Shown: positions 1 to 12,583 of the stretch, piece after piece
How the letters are laid out: every line of letters begins with the position of its first letter
How positions within the stretch are numbered: the first letter of the stretch is position 1
Source: Amoebophrya sp. A120
Taxonomy: Eukaryota; Protista; Dinoflagellata
DNA length: 64,000 nucleotides
Reading direction: 5' to 3'
NCBI GenBank assembly: GCA_905178155.1
Contig: CAJINV010000003.1
Coordinates: 9,121,979 to 9,185,978 of the forward strand
The notes under the pieces: generated by a model
Database searches by the model: none
Told to the model about the DNA's origin: nothing
The model's input: only the letters and a program-made list of their open reading frames with translations
Position numbers and translations under genes: made by a program

Positions 1-2208
1 CCATGCATGCCACACGTCGGCGACTGTGTAGATTCCGGTGCGGGGGAATCCCGACATTTCCACCAGTAATCGGTCTTCCCCACTGGCCTCCAGAGCGGCT
101 AGCGTTTGCACACGGCTCCCAATCACGCTGCCACGAACAGCCTCCTCCTCGTCCCGTCGCAGGTCCATCAGAACGTGCCGAACCTCTTGAAACGTCTCGC
201 CGCCCGCAAGCACCTCGCGATAATCGGCGGCTAGGGGAGCTGAGTGGTGCTGTTGTAATTTCAATTCTACGTCGCTTTTTAGCCTGGACGTGACATCAGA
301 AACGAACGCTCCTGTGGCCTCCCCGTTGCGCCGAGCTTCCTCGCTAGTAACTGTGCGATCTCGGACCGGATTCGTACCAGCTCCAGCGCCGCCCGCGGCT
401 ATACTTCTCGTCCTCGAGAATGCAGAGCGCGGCCACCGTTCGCGAGGCAGCAAACTCAAAGAGGGCGGAGGGCGCCTGCCTTGTGGAGATTTTCTAGTGC
501 CCGTACGTTGTACATTATCATTTCCAAAGTTACTGCGTTCCGCATCTTCGCTCAGGTCCTCTGAGGACGGCGAAGCAAATTCGGAGTCTGCTTCGTCGTC
601 GTGCCCTAAAAGCTTTTTCCTAAAGCCCGGTCCGTTGCGGTCGTCGCTGTGTTCCTCCGCATACCCGAAATTATGCACCACTTCGCGAACAACGTCATTC
701 TCTTCGTCAACCAGAAGCGTGCCTGTCCCCCCGTAGACGGCGTCACGTGGTGCTATGGAGCTCTCAACAAGCGTTACATTGATCCCTGTTGCATGCCTTG
801 TGTATGTGCAAGAATACTAGCAAAACTGCAAGGGAAAGCTTGCCGCGGGTCTTGCATTTAAGTATTTACAGATTATTTGACATTGGCAAAAATTTCGGTG
901 CTATGTGGTGCGTGGAGAACAAACTTGTCGTGCGAAGTAGCTTGATCGACGTGTCGTGAAGGGTTAACGTCAGTGAAGACTCTGACTCTGCACGACATCA
1001 AATCATGTAACAGCGATCGATGTCGCGTTTGAGAGTTCCATAGGTGCCGACACTTCGCCTCGGGCTTCCTCCAACTGCTTCTCGATGTCGCGGTCTTCGC
1101 GCCACTCCTCCCACGCTTTCAAGTGCTCACTCACCCAGAACAGTGGCGCCTGGCGCTCGATTGACTCGTGCATCGCGTAGGTGCAATTTCTTGGCAGAAA
1201 AACCGGCTGCGGCAGCACGTGGGTGATGTTCTGCGTAGACGACAAAATTCGGTGCTCCCACAGATAATGCCAGGGATCCCGCTGCAGAATGTCGCGCATG
1301 CTCCCTTCAAAGCTCTCCTCTTCCTCTTTCTCCTCGTTGTTGCTTTGTTCCACCCCGTTGTGGTCCCCTCCACCTCCTTGGTTGCTTTCTGAACTTGCCT
1401 GTTGCGCAGGCTCCACTTCAGCATCTCTTGCTGCTCTACTAAAACTGGGTCCACCGTCTTCCCGCAGGTGGTGTTCGTCTGGACTTGTCATTTGCGTGGA
1501 AGAACTGGAGGTGGCTCCAGCGTCTGCAGCGGCTCTTTCTGGTGCAACTTCTACCTGCGCCACTCGAAGTACGGAAGCTGGCTTCATCCACCCTTTGGGT
1601 TCGAGGAGCACTCCCATGTTTCCCAGAAACGTGTCGTCCCCACGAGATTCCGTCCATAGGCGCGTCCAGAGCTGCTCGGCACTGCACCGACTTCGCCCAG
1701 CACCGAAGGCTGGGTGGAACTTCGGCTCGCAACGGTCGTGCAGTGCCTGAAGATCCGTAAAAATGATACGATGCATGCGCTCGCAAAGGCTTTTCAACGC
1801 CAGGGCTTCCTGCATAACGCAATGCGGAAAACTTCTGCCATCCCGAACCCACTTCGGAGATAGCTCCAGGTCTGCGCTCCAAAACTTTTGGTGCGTGCGT
1901 AACCAGAAACGATAAGACGAAAGCACTTCCTCACACTGTGGGATTACGAAGTCGTAATCATGGTTCCTCGGCTTTCCACCGCCCTGCTTAGCGGAATTTC
2001 CGCCGTCGCCCTGCTCGATATTCCCATCGGAACCGGAAGATGGAACCGTGGGCCGCGATGCCACCACGGCAGGAAAGAAGAACTGCTGCAGTATAGCACC
2101 AGCAAAGCCCGCAACTAGCTGCAGTACCAAATATCCGGCCGTTGGCCTCGATGGTGAATCCGCTCCGCGCATCCTCATCTGCGTATCTGTGTGGGAAATA
2201 TCAAGCAC
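1..2208 (-). CDS. Hypothetical protein, probably spliced and running off the left edge of the window
   Basis: 401-aa ORF 1003..2208 with protein-like composition. A second minus-strand frame is open from about 817 to base 1 (…GTGTLLVDEENDVVREVVHNFGYAEE…) and is missing from the ORF track because it has no stop. Joining the two is an inference. No family recognised. Confidence 0.45.
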
Positions 2209-2866
2209 TTCTGCGACAACTAAAGAATTCCAGGCTTCACTTTTTTAAGTGCGAGCCAGCACGCTTCTGCAAGATGACACGAGATTAGCAGCCTCCGCGG
2301 GCCATCGGCATGCTCCTATCTTTACGATTACGTTGTTGGTATTGCTAGTATTTACAAACAGCATTGCCAGAAGATTTGAGCGGTTGTCTTTGATGTGTAT
2401 GTGAATGCAACCAGCACCACCACGACACAACACGAATGAAACTGAGACCAGATAAATCAAGAAAACGATTCACCAACACGAACAAACAAGACAACAGAAA
2501 AAAAAAAAGTCGTTTGCATGGATCTATTTTCTTCAGATATTGTTTTTTTTTATACATCGAAAAAATAAGAAGCGTCAAGTACCACGAGCACGAGGCACGG
2601 AAAAAATTAGGAGGAAGCTCGATCCCTAGTACGATTTACACTATGAGCAGAATGTCGGTGTGAAAGGAGCAACGTGGTACTGTGAAAATGCTGGTAGCAC
2701 AGAGGAGACTCCTACTCTTCGAACACTCAACATGCACAAGCTTCTTGCGAAGCTGCATTGCGAAGCGCCACAGGCTAAGCGCCGGAGGATATGCAAAAAC
2801 TTCCTGCGCAAGAGGATATGCGCCATCTGCATTGCGAAGTGGAAGTAGTTTCATCGTGGCAAGGTA

Positions 2867-5493
2867 TTAACTCTTCACTGTGTCTGGAAGCGTCCCAAAC
2901 TTCGATACAAACATCACCTCCTCTCCTCCGGTGCTCGGATTGCGAATATACGCGGATCTGGCGTGCTTCAGAAGCCAAGCTGTTATTTGCATTTTGATTT
3001 TCGTTTTTGATAATAATTTCCTCGGCAATGAACAATGAATATCCGAGAGCACCATGCGCAAAGCCGAAAGCGGTCCTCAACACACAGGCGTCGTGAATGC
3101 TCGACTCTTTTGAACATTCAGCGGTCAACAATTTGTTAGTGCTACAACTAACAACACTTTTTTGCTGCTTACCAGCCGACTTCACTCCGGTGGGGAGAAC
3201 GGGCTGAAGGAGGAATTCCAGGTCTTTCTGGTACCAGATTGGTGAGAGCGCGAAGAGGCGCTCCAACCGGGCCCGACTCTCGTCGGGCAACAGTTCGAGT
3301 TCTGCACGAATCACTTTGTCTCGAATCACGAAAAAAGGTGGCTTGATGTGGTCGCGCGTCAGCTGCATCTCGAGAAAGTCGACTGGAAGCTGCTCTGTCC
3401 ACTTAGTCAGAAAATCGACAAGCGGTACTGAGGTGGCCTGCGCTGTGTCGAAAATCTGACGTGCCAGGATACGCAGCACCTTCGCAGTGTCGCGCATATC
3501 CAAGGAAAGACGCCACCACAGTCACACTTTTGCAAGTTTCGCATCTTCAGAAAAAAATTGTCTGGCGTGATAAAGTTTTCTTCTTGTATATTTGCAAACT
3601 GAAAAGTTTAACAGAAATCGCGTAAAATTAGTCTTGACTTTGGGGCATTTTTGCGCATGAGGACAAAGTTTTTTTCTTTGCAAAAAAAAAAAGTGCAAAA
3701 ATGAATGTGATTCGTGCTTTTTTCTGGCATAGCGCAGGAACGATTTGCAGTCCCCAGTCATTTCGTCCTCCTGTACGCAGACGGCACGCAGCATGGTGGC
3801 CACCATCGGCTCGGTCACCAGAAACTCCAGCTCGAATTCGTACTGAAATCCGTACACACACTTGTCTAGGTGGAACGTTTTCTTCTCCTGGTCCATGTAC
3901 TCCTCCGAGCTCTGCATCCACAGTAGCGTTTCCAGTAGCTTTATGCAAGAAAAAAACTGTGTAAGTGTAACTCTGTAATGCAGAACATGCAATAGGGTTA
4001 CGCCTGTCATGCCAGACAGCCATGAAGTCCTCCTTTCGTGTGTGTTTTCCCTTACAAGCCACGCATGACAGGTTTTCTCTGTCATGTGGAGCAAATTTGT
4101 GATGCTGTCAGCCAAAGAAAGGTACACTAACACAGTTTTTTTCTTGGATAAGCTTATCGTGTGCGGCGGTGTCCAGGAACTGGTACCCCTTCCCGGCGGT
4201 CCGCACGATCTGGGTGCTGGCCCGCAGCACCTCCTGCAAGGTCTCGTCGTTCATGCTTAGCCGGTACCGCAACTCCTCCCCGGTGCAGTACTTTTTCAGG
4301 TTGGATTCGTAGCCGGGCATCCAGAAGCAGGGGTATTCCTTCTCAAGGAGTCGCCAGACTTCGGAACGATCCGGGGTTTTGGGTCGGAGCAGCACGATGT
4401 CCTCAAAACCCGTGAAAATTTCCAGTCGCTTCTTCCTTTGTTCAACATCCACTACGCTACTAGTCGAGGATGCAATCGGCGGGACACCAACTGCCGAAGA
4501 CGATGACAGTGTCGCTCCGCCTCTTGTTCCCGAGGGGGGGCCGGGCAGGTTTCCGTCGGGAGCCCCTGTACCTTGTTCTTCCAAGGCAAGGCTGCCAGGA
4601 TCGGGCGCAGATGCCTTCAGTCTTTTCGGAGCGGGACCGGTGGCGATGGACGAGCTTTCCCGATTGTCGGCACCTGTGCCAAGAACGAGCGGAAAAACAA
4701 TGGAGAGCAAGCTTGTTCGGTACTGTAGTAGCTAAGTACCAAGGCGAGCCAGACAAAACATAAAGAAGAAATCGAATCAACAGGGATACAAGTGCACCTG
4801 CTTCGCAATGCCCGAAAGTAAAAGAAAGCAGCTGCAGCTACAGGCAGCTGCAGAGAGAATAAAAAGAAGTCTGTTTGTTTGTCCATCCGAGATTAAGTAA
4901 AATTAAATGCCATTCTAAACCTTCTAAATTCAAACATCATTCGTATCTAATTTATTACAGTTTTCCTCTGGAGCTGTACCTGACGAAGCGGCTGACTGTG
5001 TCGGTCTACTCTCCCCGACTTTGATCAGTAGCTGCGAGTTCGAATTTTTGAGTTGGTACAAGGAAAACTGCTTTTCGGCTGTCACCAGTGTGGCGGCATC
5101 GTCCCGCATTCCCACCAAAACCACCTCCTGTCGGAGCTTCGGAATGCAGTCCGGAGCTCCGTTCAACAGCAGTGCGGCTTCCTCGTCTTCTGGTGCCGCA
5201 GCGGAGCTCCGCCCCCGGCTGCCTTCTGCTCCTGCATCGGCATCTGCCATGTCGACATCGCCCAGAGAAGATGCGCTGTTGCAGGGCGTGGTCTCTTTCT
5301 TGCTTATGTTTCTTTGCGACGTCGACGAACACGCTGGTGCGCTCTGGTGCGACAGCAGCTTGTCTAAAATTTCCGTACTTACTTCAAGCATAAAGTGATC
5401 CGCAGAAAGTGGCCGGAAGTCGTTCGCGTAACCAAAGGACACCTCGGACACCTTCTCGAGGTAGGTGCACGAACTTATCTCCGCACTCGTCAT
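2867..5493 (-). CDS. DCC1: Sister chromatid cohesion protein DCC1 (Ctf18-RFC subunit), about 5 exons
   Basis: The N-terminal FMLEVSTEILDKL…LVGMRDDAATLVTAEKQFSLYQLKNSNSQLLI and C-terminal LPDESRARLERLFALSPIWYQKDLEFLLQP match the Dcc1 pattern. GT-AG intron at 2980..3172. TIR intron at 3942..4150. The junction of the intron at about 3520-3750 is unresolved. Confidence 0.8.
3942..4150. mobile_element. Introner (TIR + 5-bp TSD) in DCC1
   Basis: 28-bp arms TATGCAAGAAAAAAACTGTGTAAGTGTA / rc TATCCAAGAAAAAAACTGTGTTAGTGTA. AGCTT at 3937-3941 and 4151-4155. Excision gives AHDKLLETLL in frame. Confidence 0.9.
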
Positions 5494-7116
5494 TGTATTT
5501 CCATTCAATATCGGCACTTGTGGAGTAAAAGCTGACTAGCTTGTTACAAGGAAAGACGCTCCCGAATGGGCGGCGGAATGTGAAAAATTCACTAGTCGTG
5601 TTGGAAGTGTACCACCCTCGGTCGATATGAAGAGATAGAAGAACCAAAAGCTACGTGCTGTGTGAGTTTGTGTGTCATAGCCATCCCTAATGCATCATAT
5701 GATCAAAATACCATTATTTATACGTCACAGCAAACAAGTACTACTTCACTAGTATCTATCTTCAGCAGGCTCAATATCAGTTTTCGATTTAACATTGAGG
5801 GTCTCAAATTCAGATTATGATTCAAATTCAATGTATCTACAACACACCACGTATTAAGGTCCAAACTTCACTGAGTGTTCAGCACCTCGGTTATTCACCT
5901 TCAACAGGCTGACACCGTCCGATAAATATCTCCGGATATTACGCGGCAACAAGGCAAGAAATCCAAGCAGGATATTCGCGTACCTACCCTGATAGTAGGA
6001 GTAAAATGGCACTGGCTGTGCTAGAAGATCTTCTACTTCTACTAGACAGACGAACTGGCTAACAACAAACTGGCTAAAGACAAACGGGCTGAGATGCAGA
6101 TCTTCACTGATATTGGGAAGATCACGATTGTACTAGAGCTAGTAGCCGTCAAACAATCATGTTTGATGAGCAATTTCGTCAACTGCCCCCATTTTTTTTT
6201 CCAAAACTATTGACGTTTGCAGCAGAAGACTGGCCAGTAATACACCAAAATTGTTCACACGGTGACTTCTACCTCGTCACTCCTCTTCCTTTGTCTGCTT
6301 TTCGAAACACAAGAAGATATCATCTGCGTCGGCTTCACGTTGCATTCACGACACGCCCAAGCAACGCATGTGCAAGCATATCTTCGCGCCAATATCAAAA
6401 TCTGGCAGTACCATGATGATCGCAAAATGAAGTCGAAACCTGGAGCAGAATTTGTCGGCTGAGGCATCGCATAAACTTTACGCTTTGAAGTCAAATTGAA
6501 GTCGTGTGGTCGCACAAATTGAAGTCCTCCGACTTGCGCGGAGGTCCAATTCAGTTTGGCAATAATATTATGGCCAACGAGCACGCGTAACTGTATCCGA
6601 ACTTACGGACCGGAAAAAAGTTGTTCTTGTTCATCTTCTAAGTATCTGAATAGACGCAGACGCTATGGTGCGTTATGATTCATCTATACGCATCTATTTC
6701 TGCCTAGTAAGTATTAACATGATTACCAAAGACTGTACGTTTTCGCCGATCGAGCTGAGCCCGAAGTATTCCTCGCACAGGCACGCATGAACGTCACCAG
6801 GCAATATTTCTTGCGCCGATGTTCAATCATCCCGCCTGTTGCATTAGCTGGCGTGGGTGTCGTGATGCAGATGCTTCTATTGCAGCGAAGAGTAATCAGC
6901 CTGCTTCTGCACACTGGTACTGTAAAACTTGTTAGTCACAGCATCTTCGAAAACTAACACAAAATCTAGAATCAAGAATTACACTACAGCGTTCTTGCAG
7001 CAGCTGGTGTAGATTGATAGTGCATTGAACTCTTTCCGAAAAGTAAAGACTTGACTGCAGCGCACCACGCATGGGGTATTGACAAGCACGACGAAGGACG
7101 TGGTATTCTAGGTCGC

Positions 7117-9693
7117 CTATTCGTGAATTTCCAGCCCACTCTCTGCTGCTGCAAGAAGCGAGCCATCCTTTGTTTCGAAGGACGTGGATCGCGGGGGAAG
7201 CGGTTCGTCCGTCCACAGCTCCGCGTGACCGTCTTCTGCGCAGGCACGCCACGAACGCTTTTCTTGCATACAACGCATGACCGCGTCGTACCAGAAACCC
7301 CTTTTCCCAGGTCGGAGGTCGACAAGCGGAAAGTAGTACACACGAAACCGGCTCTCGGTCGTGTCAAAGATTGGCAGCCCGAAGTTGCCGCATCCGTGCA
7401 TGCCCCAGCCTGCTACCATGTAGCCGGCCCTGTGGTCGCTGTTCTTCACATTACAGTGCACGTGGCCCATGATGTGGCGCACACGCGGAGTAGCAGTTGC
7501 GTCGATGGGTCGACCACGTGTGGCGCTCCAACTCGGTGTGCCGTGCTCGGATTCTGCCATGTTTTTCGGCTCCTGGTGGCTTTGGTCACCGTCGGCGCGC
7601 AGGCCGAGGTCAGCGTAGTGAAATTGCTGGCATTCGGGCACGGTGTCTACCATCCGCTTGGCAACGTCAGAAACGGCCATGGAGAGCGAGTGCTCCCGGT
7701 TGCAGCCGGAATTGCATATGTTCCAGTGGCCCAGCACAAAAAGCGTGTGCACTGTCTTTTCCGCCAGGGCAAAGCTGCATGCCTCCACGAACCGATCGCG
7801 GAGCGACTCCCACGAATACAGAGCCGAGTACCCGACAAACAGCACGTTGCCCATCTGCGTGTAGAAAAAGGTGTTGTCTGCGTGTGTGGGGTTGCAGCCA
7901 AGATACAGTGGATGACCTGCGGTTGGATCAATCGAAAGGTTGTACGGGAGGATCGCATCGCTCCTGCTAGAATTGGTCCAGTTGTCGTGCAGCCTCGAGG
8001 AAACTTGCTCAAATCGCGGGCGTTCGCTCGCAGAACGTCTGCTGGTACGACCGCGCAGCTGGTCTGGGACACTGGCCACAACGTCCTGTCCGTAGTACTG
8101 AACGAACCCGTTGCCACACTGGTCGAACGTGGTACCGACGGTAGGGCTCCCCAAAACCCAGTAGTCGTGATTTCCGGGTACCGTCAGAAACACCTTGCTT
8201 CGCGTGGCGTCGTCCAGTTGCGAGAAAAACCACTCTGTGGCATCGCCCGTGCGGTCGTAAAAATTGTCTCCCAGAATCCCCCAATAGCTCACGTCCGGCA
8301 TACTTCCCACAAAGGTCCGCAGCAGCGTCGGCGTCCTCTGCGACAGACGAAATTCCGGTTCGTAAATGCAATCAATTAGAGTGGTGATGGAATCCGCAAC
8401 GAAGCAGGGGTCCGCGATAAACACGCCCGTGATCCCCGCCCCCTGCGCCGGCAACGGCGGCAGGTCGACGCCAAGAAACGATGCGCGGCCCTCGTCGCTG
8501 ATCGACGCAGCTTTCGTCTTTTCTTCTCCATGACGAGGAAGACCAGCGCGGGTAACTCGTCCACCAGACTTCGTTTCTCCTTGATTTTTCATGAGAACGC
8601 GCACGGCATCCGTGCGGCTGCGGTCGACAATCTCAGAATGCAGATAATTCTGCGTCCACGCCCATTTGAATCTCGATGCGTAAGACTGGCCTACGATTGT
8701 TGTTCCTGGTTCAACCTCGGTTTTCAGAGATGATGAACCAGCGTAGTACACATCTTCATTCGTTGCGCTTCTTGCAGTGGCTCCTTCCCCAGCTTTTGAC
8801 AGAAGTTCGATCCGCAAATCCGATGCATTCTTGGTGATTACGGAAACGCGTAACTTGTTGTAACCCCGCGATGCCATGGCTTTCGTCACGCGCACATTCC
8901 ACAAACCGTCCTGCTTGACCTGCTTGTCGTGCACCCCGTCGCTATCGATCCTTCGCCGTTCGGCGGACACAGTAGTTTTAGTTGCTGAAACGTCATCACT
9001 TCCATCCTCTTCTGCCGTGAGCTCCTGCTTTTGCGAAGTTCTCCACCAAGGGCTTCCCCCTCCCGTGTCCGTGTCTAGAAAGACTGACTGCAACCAGGAG
9101 AGAATAGAGCTGCTAGACGCGACCAGAGTGTCGTGCCACCACGATGCCAGACCCGGCCCTATTCCGCCTCCTGAAGAGTTTACTAGAATGCGTCGGCGAG
9201 ATTCGATCGAACGGGAATGCACTCGCTCCGTCTGGCTTACAGAACCAACTACATCGCGCTCTTGCTGAGACTTTCGCACGGGGTTGTCCAATAACACCCG
9301 GCGGCTGCGCTCGGCGTGAGCTTCTGCAGTGCAGTGCGTGGCAGCGCACGTGCGCGGATCCAACAAGCCGCAAGCTCCAAAATGCGTGCAATTGCCCGTC
9401 CACTCGACGTACCGGCAAACGCCACAAATCCTTTCCTCAAATTTTGCCTGTAGCACACTGTTGTCGTGGTTGTGCAGGGACACGCGCAGGTCTTCCGAGG
9501 TGCCGGTGGGATCCGGGGCCGTGCTGGACGAAGAACCCCCTTGGGCCCCCAAGGCCCGCGAAAGACTCAGCACCGACGTTCCCAAAGATATCCGCACACA
9601 AGCATCGCTATACCGCCTTCGACAAAACATCGCAGAAAAAAGGGGAAAACGAAAAAGCATCATGATCATTTTCGGAATCGGATTTTTAAGCAA
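7117..9693 (-). CDS. Calcineurin-like metallophosphoesterase (purple-acid-phosphatase-like), single long ORF
   Basis: Ordered metal-binding motifs IADPC, LGDNFYD, PGNHD, LGHW and MGHVH. The true start codon is uncertain. Confidence 0.85.
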   Translation of the reverse strand: MLKNPIPKMIMMLFRFPLFSAMFCRRRYSDACVRISLGTSVLSLSRALGAQGGSSSSTAPDPTGTSEDLRVSLHNHDNSVLQAKFEERICGVCRYVEWTGNCTHFGACGLLDPRTCAATHCTAEAHAERSRRVLLDNPVRKSQQERDVVGSVSQTERVHSRSIESRRRILVNSSGGGIGPGLASWWHDTLVASSSSILSWLQSVFLDTDTGGGSPWWRTSQKQELTAEEDGSDDVSATKTTVSAERRRIDSDGVHDKQVKQDGLWNVRVTKAMASRGYNKLRVSVITKNASDLRIELLSKAGEGATARSATNEDVYYAGSSSLKTEVEPGTTIVGQSYASRFKWAWTQNYLHSEIVDRSRTDAVRVLMKNQGETKSGGRVTRAGLPRHGEEKTKAASISDEGRASFLGVDLPPLPAQGAGITGVFIADPCFVADSITTLIDCIYEPEFRLSQRTPTLLRTFVGSMPDVSYWGILGDNFYDRTGDATEWFFSQLDDATRSKVFLTVPGNHDYWVLGSPTVGTTFDQCGNGFVQYYGQDVVASVPDQLRGRTSRRSASERPRFEQVSSRLHDNWTNSSRSDAILPYNLSIDPTAGHPLYLGCNPTHADNTFFYTQMGNVLFVGYSALYSWESLRDRFVEACSFALAEKTVHTLFVLGHWNICNSGCNREHSLSMAVSDVAKRMVDTVPECQQFHYADLGLRADGDQSHQEPKNMAESEHGTPSWSATRGRPIDATATPRVRHIMGHVHCNVKNSDHRAGYMVAGWGMHGCGNFGLPIFDTTESRFRVYYFPLVDLRPGKRGFWYDAVMRCMQEKRSWRACAEDGHAELWTDEPLPPRSTSFETKDGSLLAAAESGLEIHE

Positions 9694-11747
9694 TGAGTAT
9701 CAAACCAGGTCCGGCCTTTTTTCCATGTGCGTGCGGCTCGTCTCGGCACCGCGTGGACGCTCCACAGAATGGTGATTCGCTTACTTATTTCGTTTTTTCC
9801 ATCTCGCGGAGCTTTTTCTGGTGTTTCACTGTATATCAATATCTACGTAGATGCGCAGTTAAGCATGATTTCATCTTTCGCCGGAAATTGCAACTGGCAA
9901 CTACTATAAATTTGTACTTTTTTATGGGTGATACTGAGTGCAACATGATGTTGAGGCCCTGGGGATTCGGTCATTGAAAGCCAGATACGCCACTGAGTAG
10001 CGCGCGGGTGCGTGTCGGGGAACTGCTACTGGATCGTAGAGGAGCTGGAGCTGCAAGTGTACACTACAACTCGCTCACATTTGATAAAATGCAATATTGC
10101 ACGTGGAACACTCTTGGCCACGGATGTATAGAATGCCAAAGGGAGGTGGGACTTTATTTCGTATTTCTCTAAACCTTGAGTAGTTGAGACATGTCGCATT
10201 GTCAACCCAATGGGAACATGTTGGCATGCCGTGGAACACTGCTCTTGGCCACAAGTTCAAAAAACGGCAACGCGTGTGCCGCTGGCATCGGGAATTTTAA
10301 GTGTTCGTGTGCTACTCTCGACATTCCGCTGACACTGACAACCACAGAAAACGGAACAAATCCTAAAACATCTCAAATGCGTATTTTGGACACGATAGGC
10401 AATTGGTATTAAACATGAACGCAACAACCTTGGTGCGTCGTGCCTGCATCAATCGATCCTTCACGAACCCGCTGGTGTAAAGCAGCAGGATCAGGATGAA
10501 AAAGCTACTAGAAACCACTAATTCTTGCAACAACATTTACTGCTACGGTTAATACGGTATCTCTATCTTCATCATGAACTATGACTCGTTTTCGATCGAC
10601 CACTCACAAATAGAGGCACAGGAGGGGAGCATAAAGCTCCTCGCAGTATATCAATGCTTCGCTCCCTTTCGCTACAACAATAGCACAAAAGATCAAAAAC
10701 CTAAAGATACAAGTAATACGCGCGAACGCGAAGCAAATAAAGAAGAAGAGAAAATAAAACTGGATGAGCGCGAATAAACTAAAACCACTCCCTAGCTGGA
10801 AATTGGAAAGGGTCCATCCGGCGCACGAGCTTGCTCACACTTTCGATGCTGCCCCTGGCGCAAAGACAGCCCAACCATAAATGCATGCCGTACTTCTGAT
10901 TATGAAGACCACTAGAAGAACAAAAACAAATTCTTACTGTAGTAACGACTTACAGTTACATTTAAGATTCCAATGGCTCAGCGCCAAACCACATCTGTAA
11001 TTACGTTGGTCTACCTCTGTATCAAAGAAACCCGTGAAGAAGGGCGAGAAAAAGCGGGGGGCCAGTAAGCCCCGCGTCTCTATGACTCGCAGAGTGAGAA
11101 ACACAGCTTATCCTGATGTTGAGAAGACGACAACTATAAGCGCAGCGTGTTGAGAGTTGAGTATTTACTGCCATTTGATTTTGTTTTTGACTGCATCATA
11201 CATATAAATTATACGAACGAAGAAACCCTTAAACTCGATACTCAAATTGTTCTCAGTGCTTTTTATTTGCGCTAGCTTGCGCAGGGCAAACGTTAGACTT
11301 AGACCTCAAGGCCAAGGAATCACATATATAGCACTTTGAGTTTTTCTGTGCCTTTCATTTCAAGTTCAAGAAAGATAGTGAAGTATCAAGACAAATAATT
11401 ATATTATACACAAACTGAAGCTGAATTTTAGCATGAAATACAGGGTTTTTTTGAGGAAATTATAATATACGCATTTCAATCCAGTAGTGCAAAACGGATG
11501 GTGCCGTTTTGTACTTTTCAGCAGGAAACGTCATGACGCTTATAAATATATAAGTGCAGCGAGCTGTTTTCTGGTACCCACGTATTGCTTGACGTTTGTG
11601 GATGTCTAGGCTGCAACAACTTCGACTAGATACGAGGTCAATACGGTGGCCTCCTCCCATGTGCCACGATCGCCAGAGGCAGAGCTACGCCTAGCTATCC
11701 CAGGCTCACGAATTGTGGACATGAGACTTCTCTAGCGCACTTCTCAT

Positions 11748-12583
11748 TCAAAAAGTCTTGTTAGTACTAGTCATTTTATCAAATTGAAATTTGTAGCCGG
11801 TACCTTTGTTGTATCTGTTGAGAACTCCATCAAGCACGACGCCAAGTTTTGCGGACAGCTGCTGCGTGCTCATACTGCAAATTACAGAATCGTGATTTTT
11901 TGCAAAATCTCGCTGTTGGTTGATGAAGGTTTCAAATTTGTCCAGCACGGGGTGCGTTTTGGACAAAATTTTTCTGTGCAACAATAAAACAGCCATCACA
12001 TTGCTGCAAGCGCCGCAACATCACGAATTTGTGTTGTGTTGCACAAACTCAAACAGAAGGCCTAAAGAGGACAATCGCAATAAATCTGCATGACTGTGAT
12101 GCGTTTTTGCGCACGGCAGAGTTTTTGCATTGCAAGCATAGGCGTGTTGAAAGTCGACGAATGTGATCGCGATGGTGTTTTCTTGTTGAATATTTTCGGT
12201 CTGGGTGGTAATAGGCTGTCTCTCCTTCATCGGTCTGGAACCACTTCCAGTCTGGGGGTAGCTTCGCTTCTGACGCAAACTCGGCAATCCACCTGTGATT
12301 CAGATAGAAGTCTACTTTGTCGTATTAATCGTAAAGAGAACATCAGCATACACTTAGAAAAGAAGACGGGCCACCGTCCTAGTTGCTCATCTAGTAGCGG
12401 AAATAACGCAAAGAAAAACGACAACGAGATAGAATAAAGGCACGCAGGACTACATAATAGATACAGCAGGTGCTTTTCGGTTGCGATATCAATGCCGATT
12501 ATCCTGGCTGCCGAGAGCACTGCTGCCTCGCGGCGACGCACCTCGGCTGGGTCTTCCAGTCGCCTCCTCACTTCTGGCGCCAT
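11748..12583 (-). CDS. CEP164-like N-terminal WW-domain protein (3' end not resolved)
   Basis: Spliced translation AARIIGIDIATEKHLLWIAEFASEAKLPPDWKWFQTDEGETAYYHPDRKILSKTHPVLDKF resembles the CEP164 helical+WW module. It requires one GT-AG intron and one TIR intron. Confidence 0.65.
11975..12192. mobile_element. Introner in the WW-domain gene
   Basis: Arms TGTGCAACAATAAAACAGCCATC / rc TATTCAACAAGAAAACA-CCATC. TTTTC at 11970-11974 and 12193-12197. Excision joins HPDRK to ILSKTHP. Confidence 0.75.

Noticed and set aside
3520-3750. Possible degenerate introner in DCC1 (TGCAA…CAGAAAAAA arms)
   Set aside because: The obvious direct repeats give the wrong frame and the boundaries cannot be fixed, so it is not listed as a feature.
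4674-4959. Weak inverted match ACTGTARTA near a DCC1 intron
   Set aside because: An in-frame GT…CAG intron with a pyrimidine tract explains the junction, and the match is short.
7051-8379. 442-aa plus-strand ORF
   Set aside because: Antisense shadow of the metallophosphoesterase, with no motifs. The same applies to plus-strand ORFs at 21325..22086, 46215..47060 and 43342..43926.
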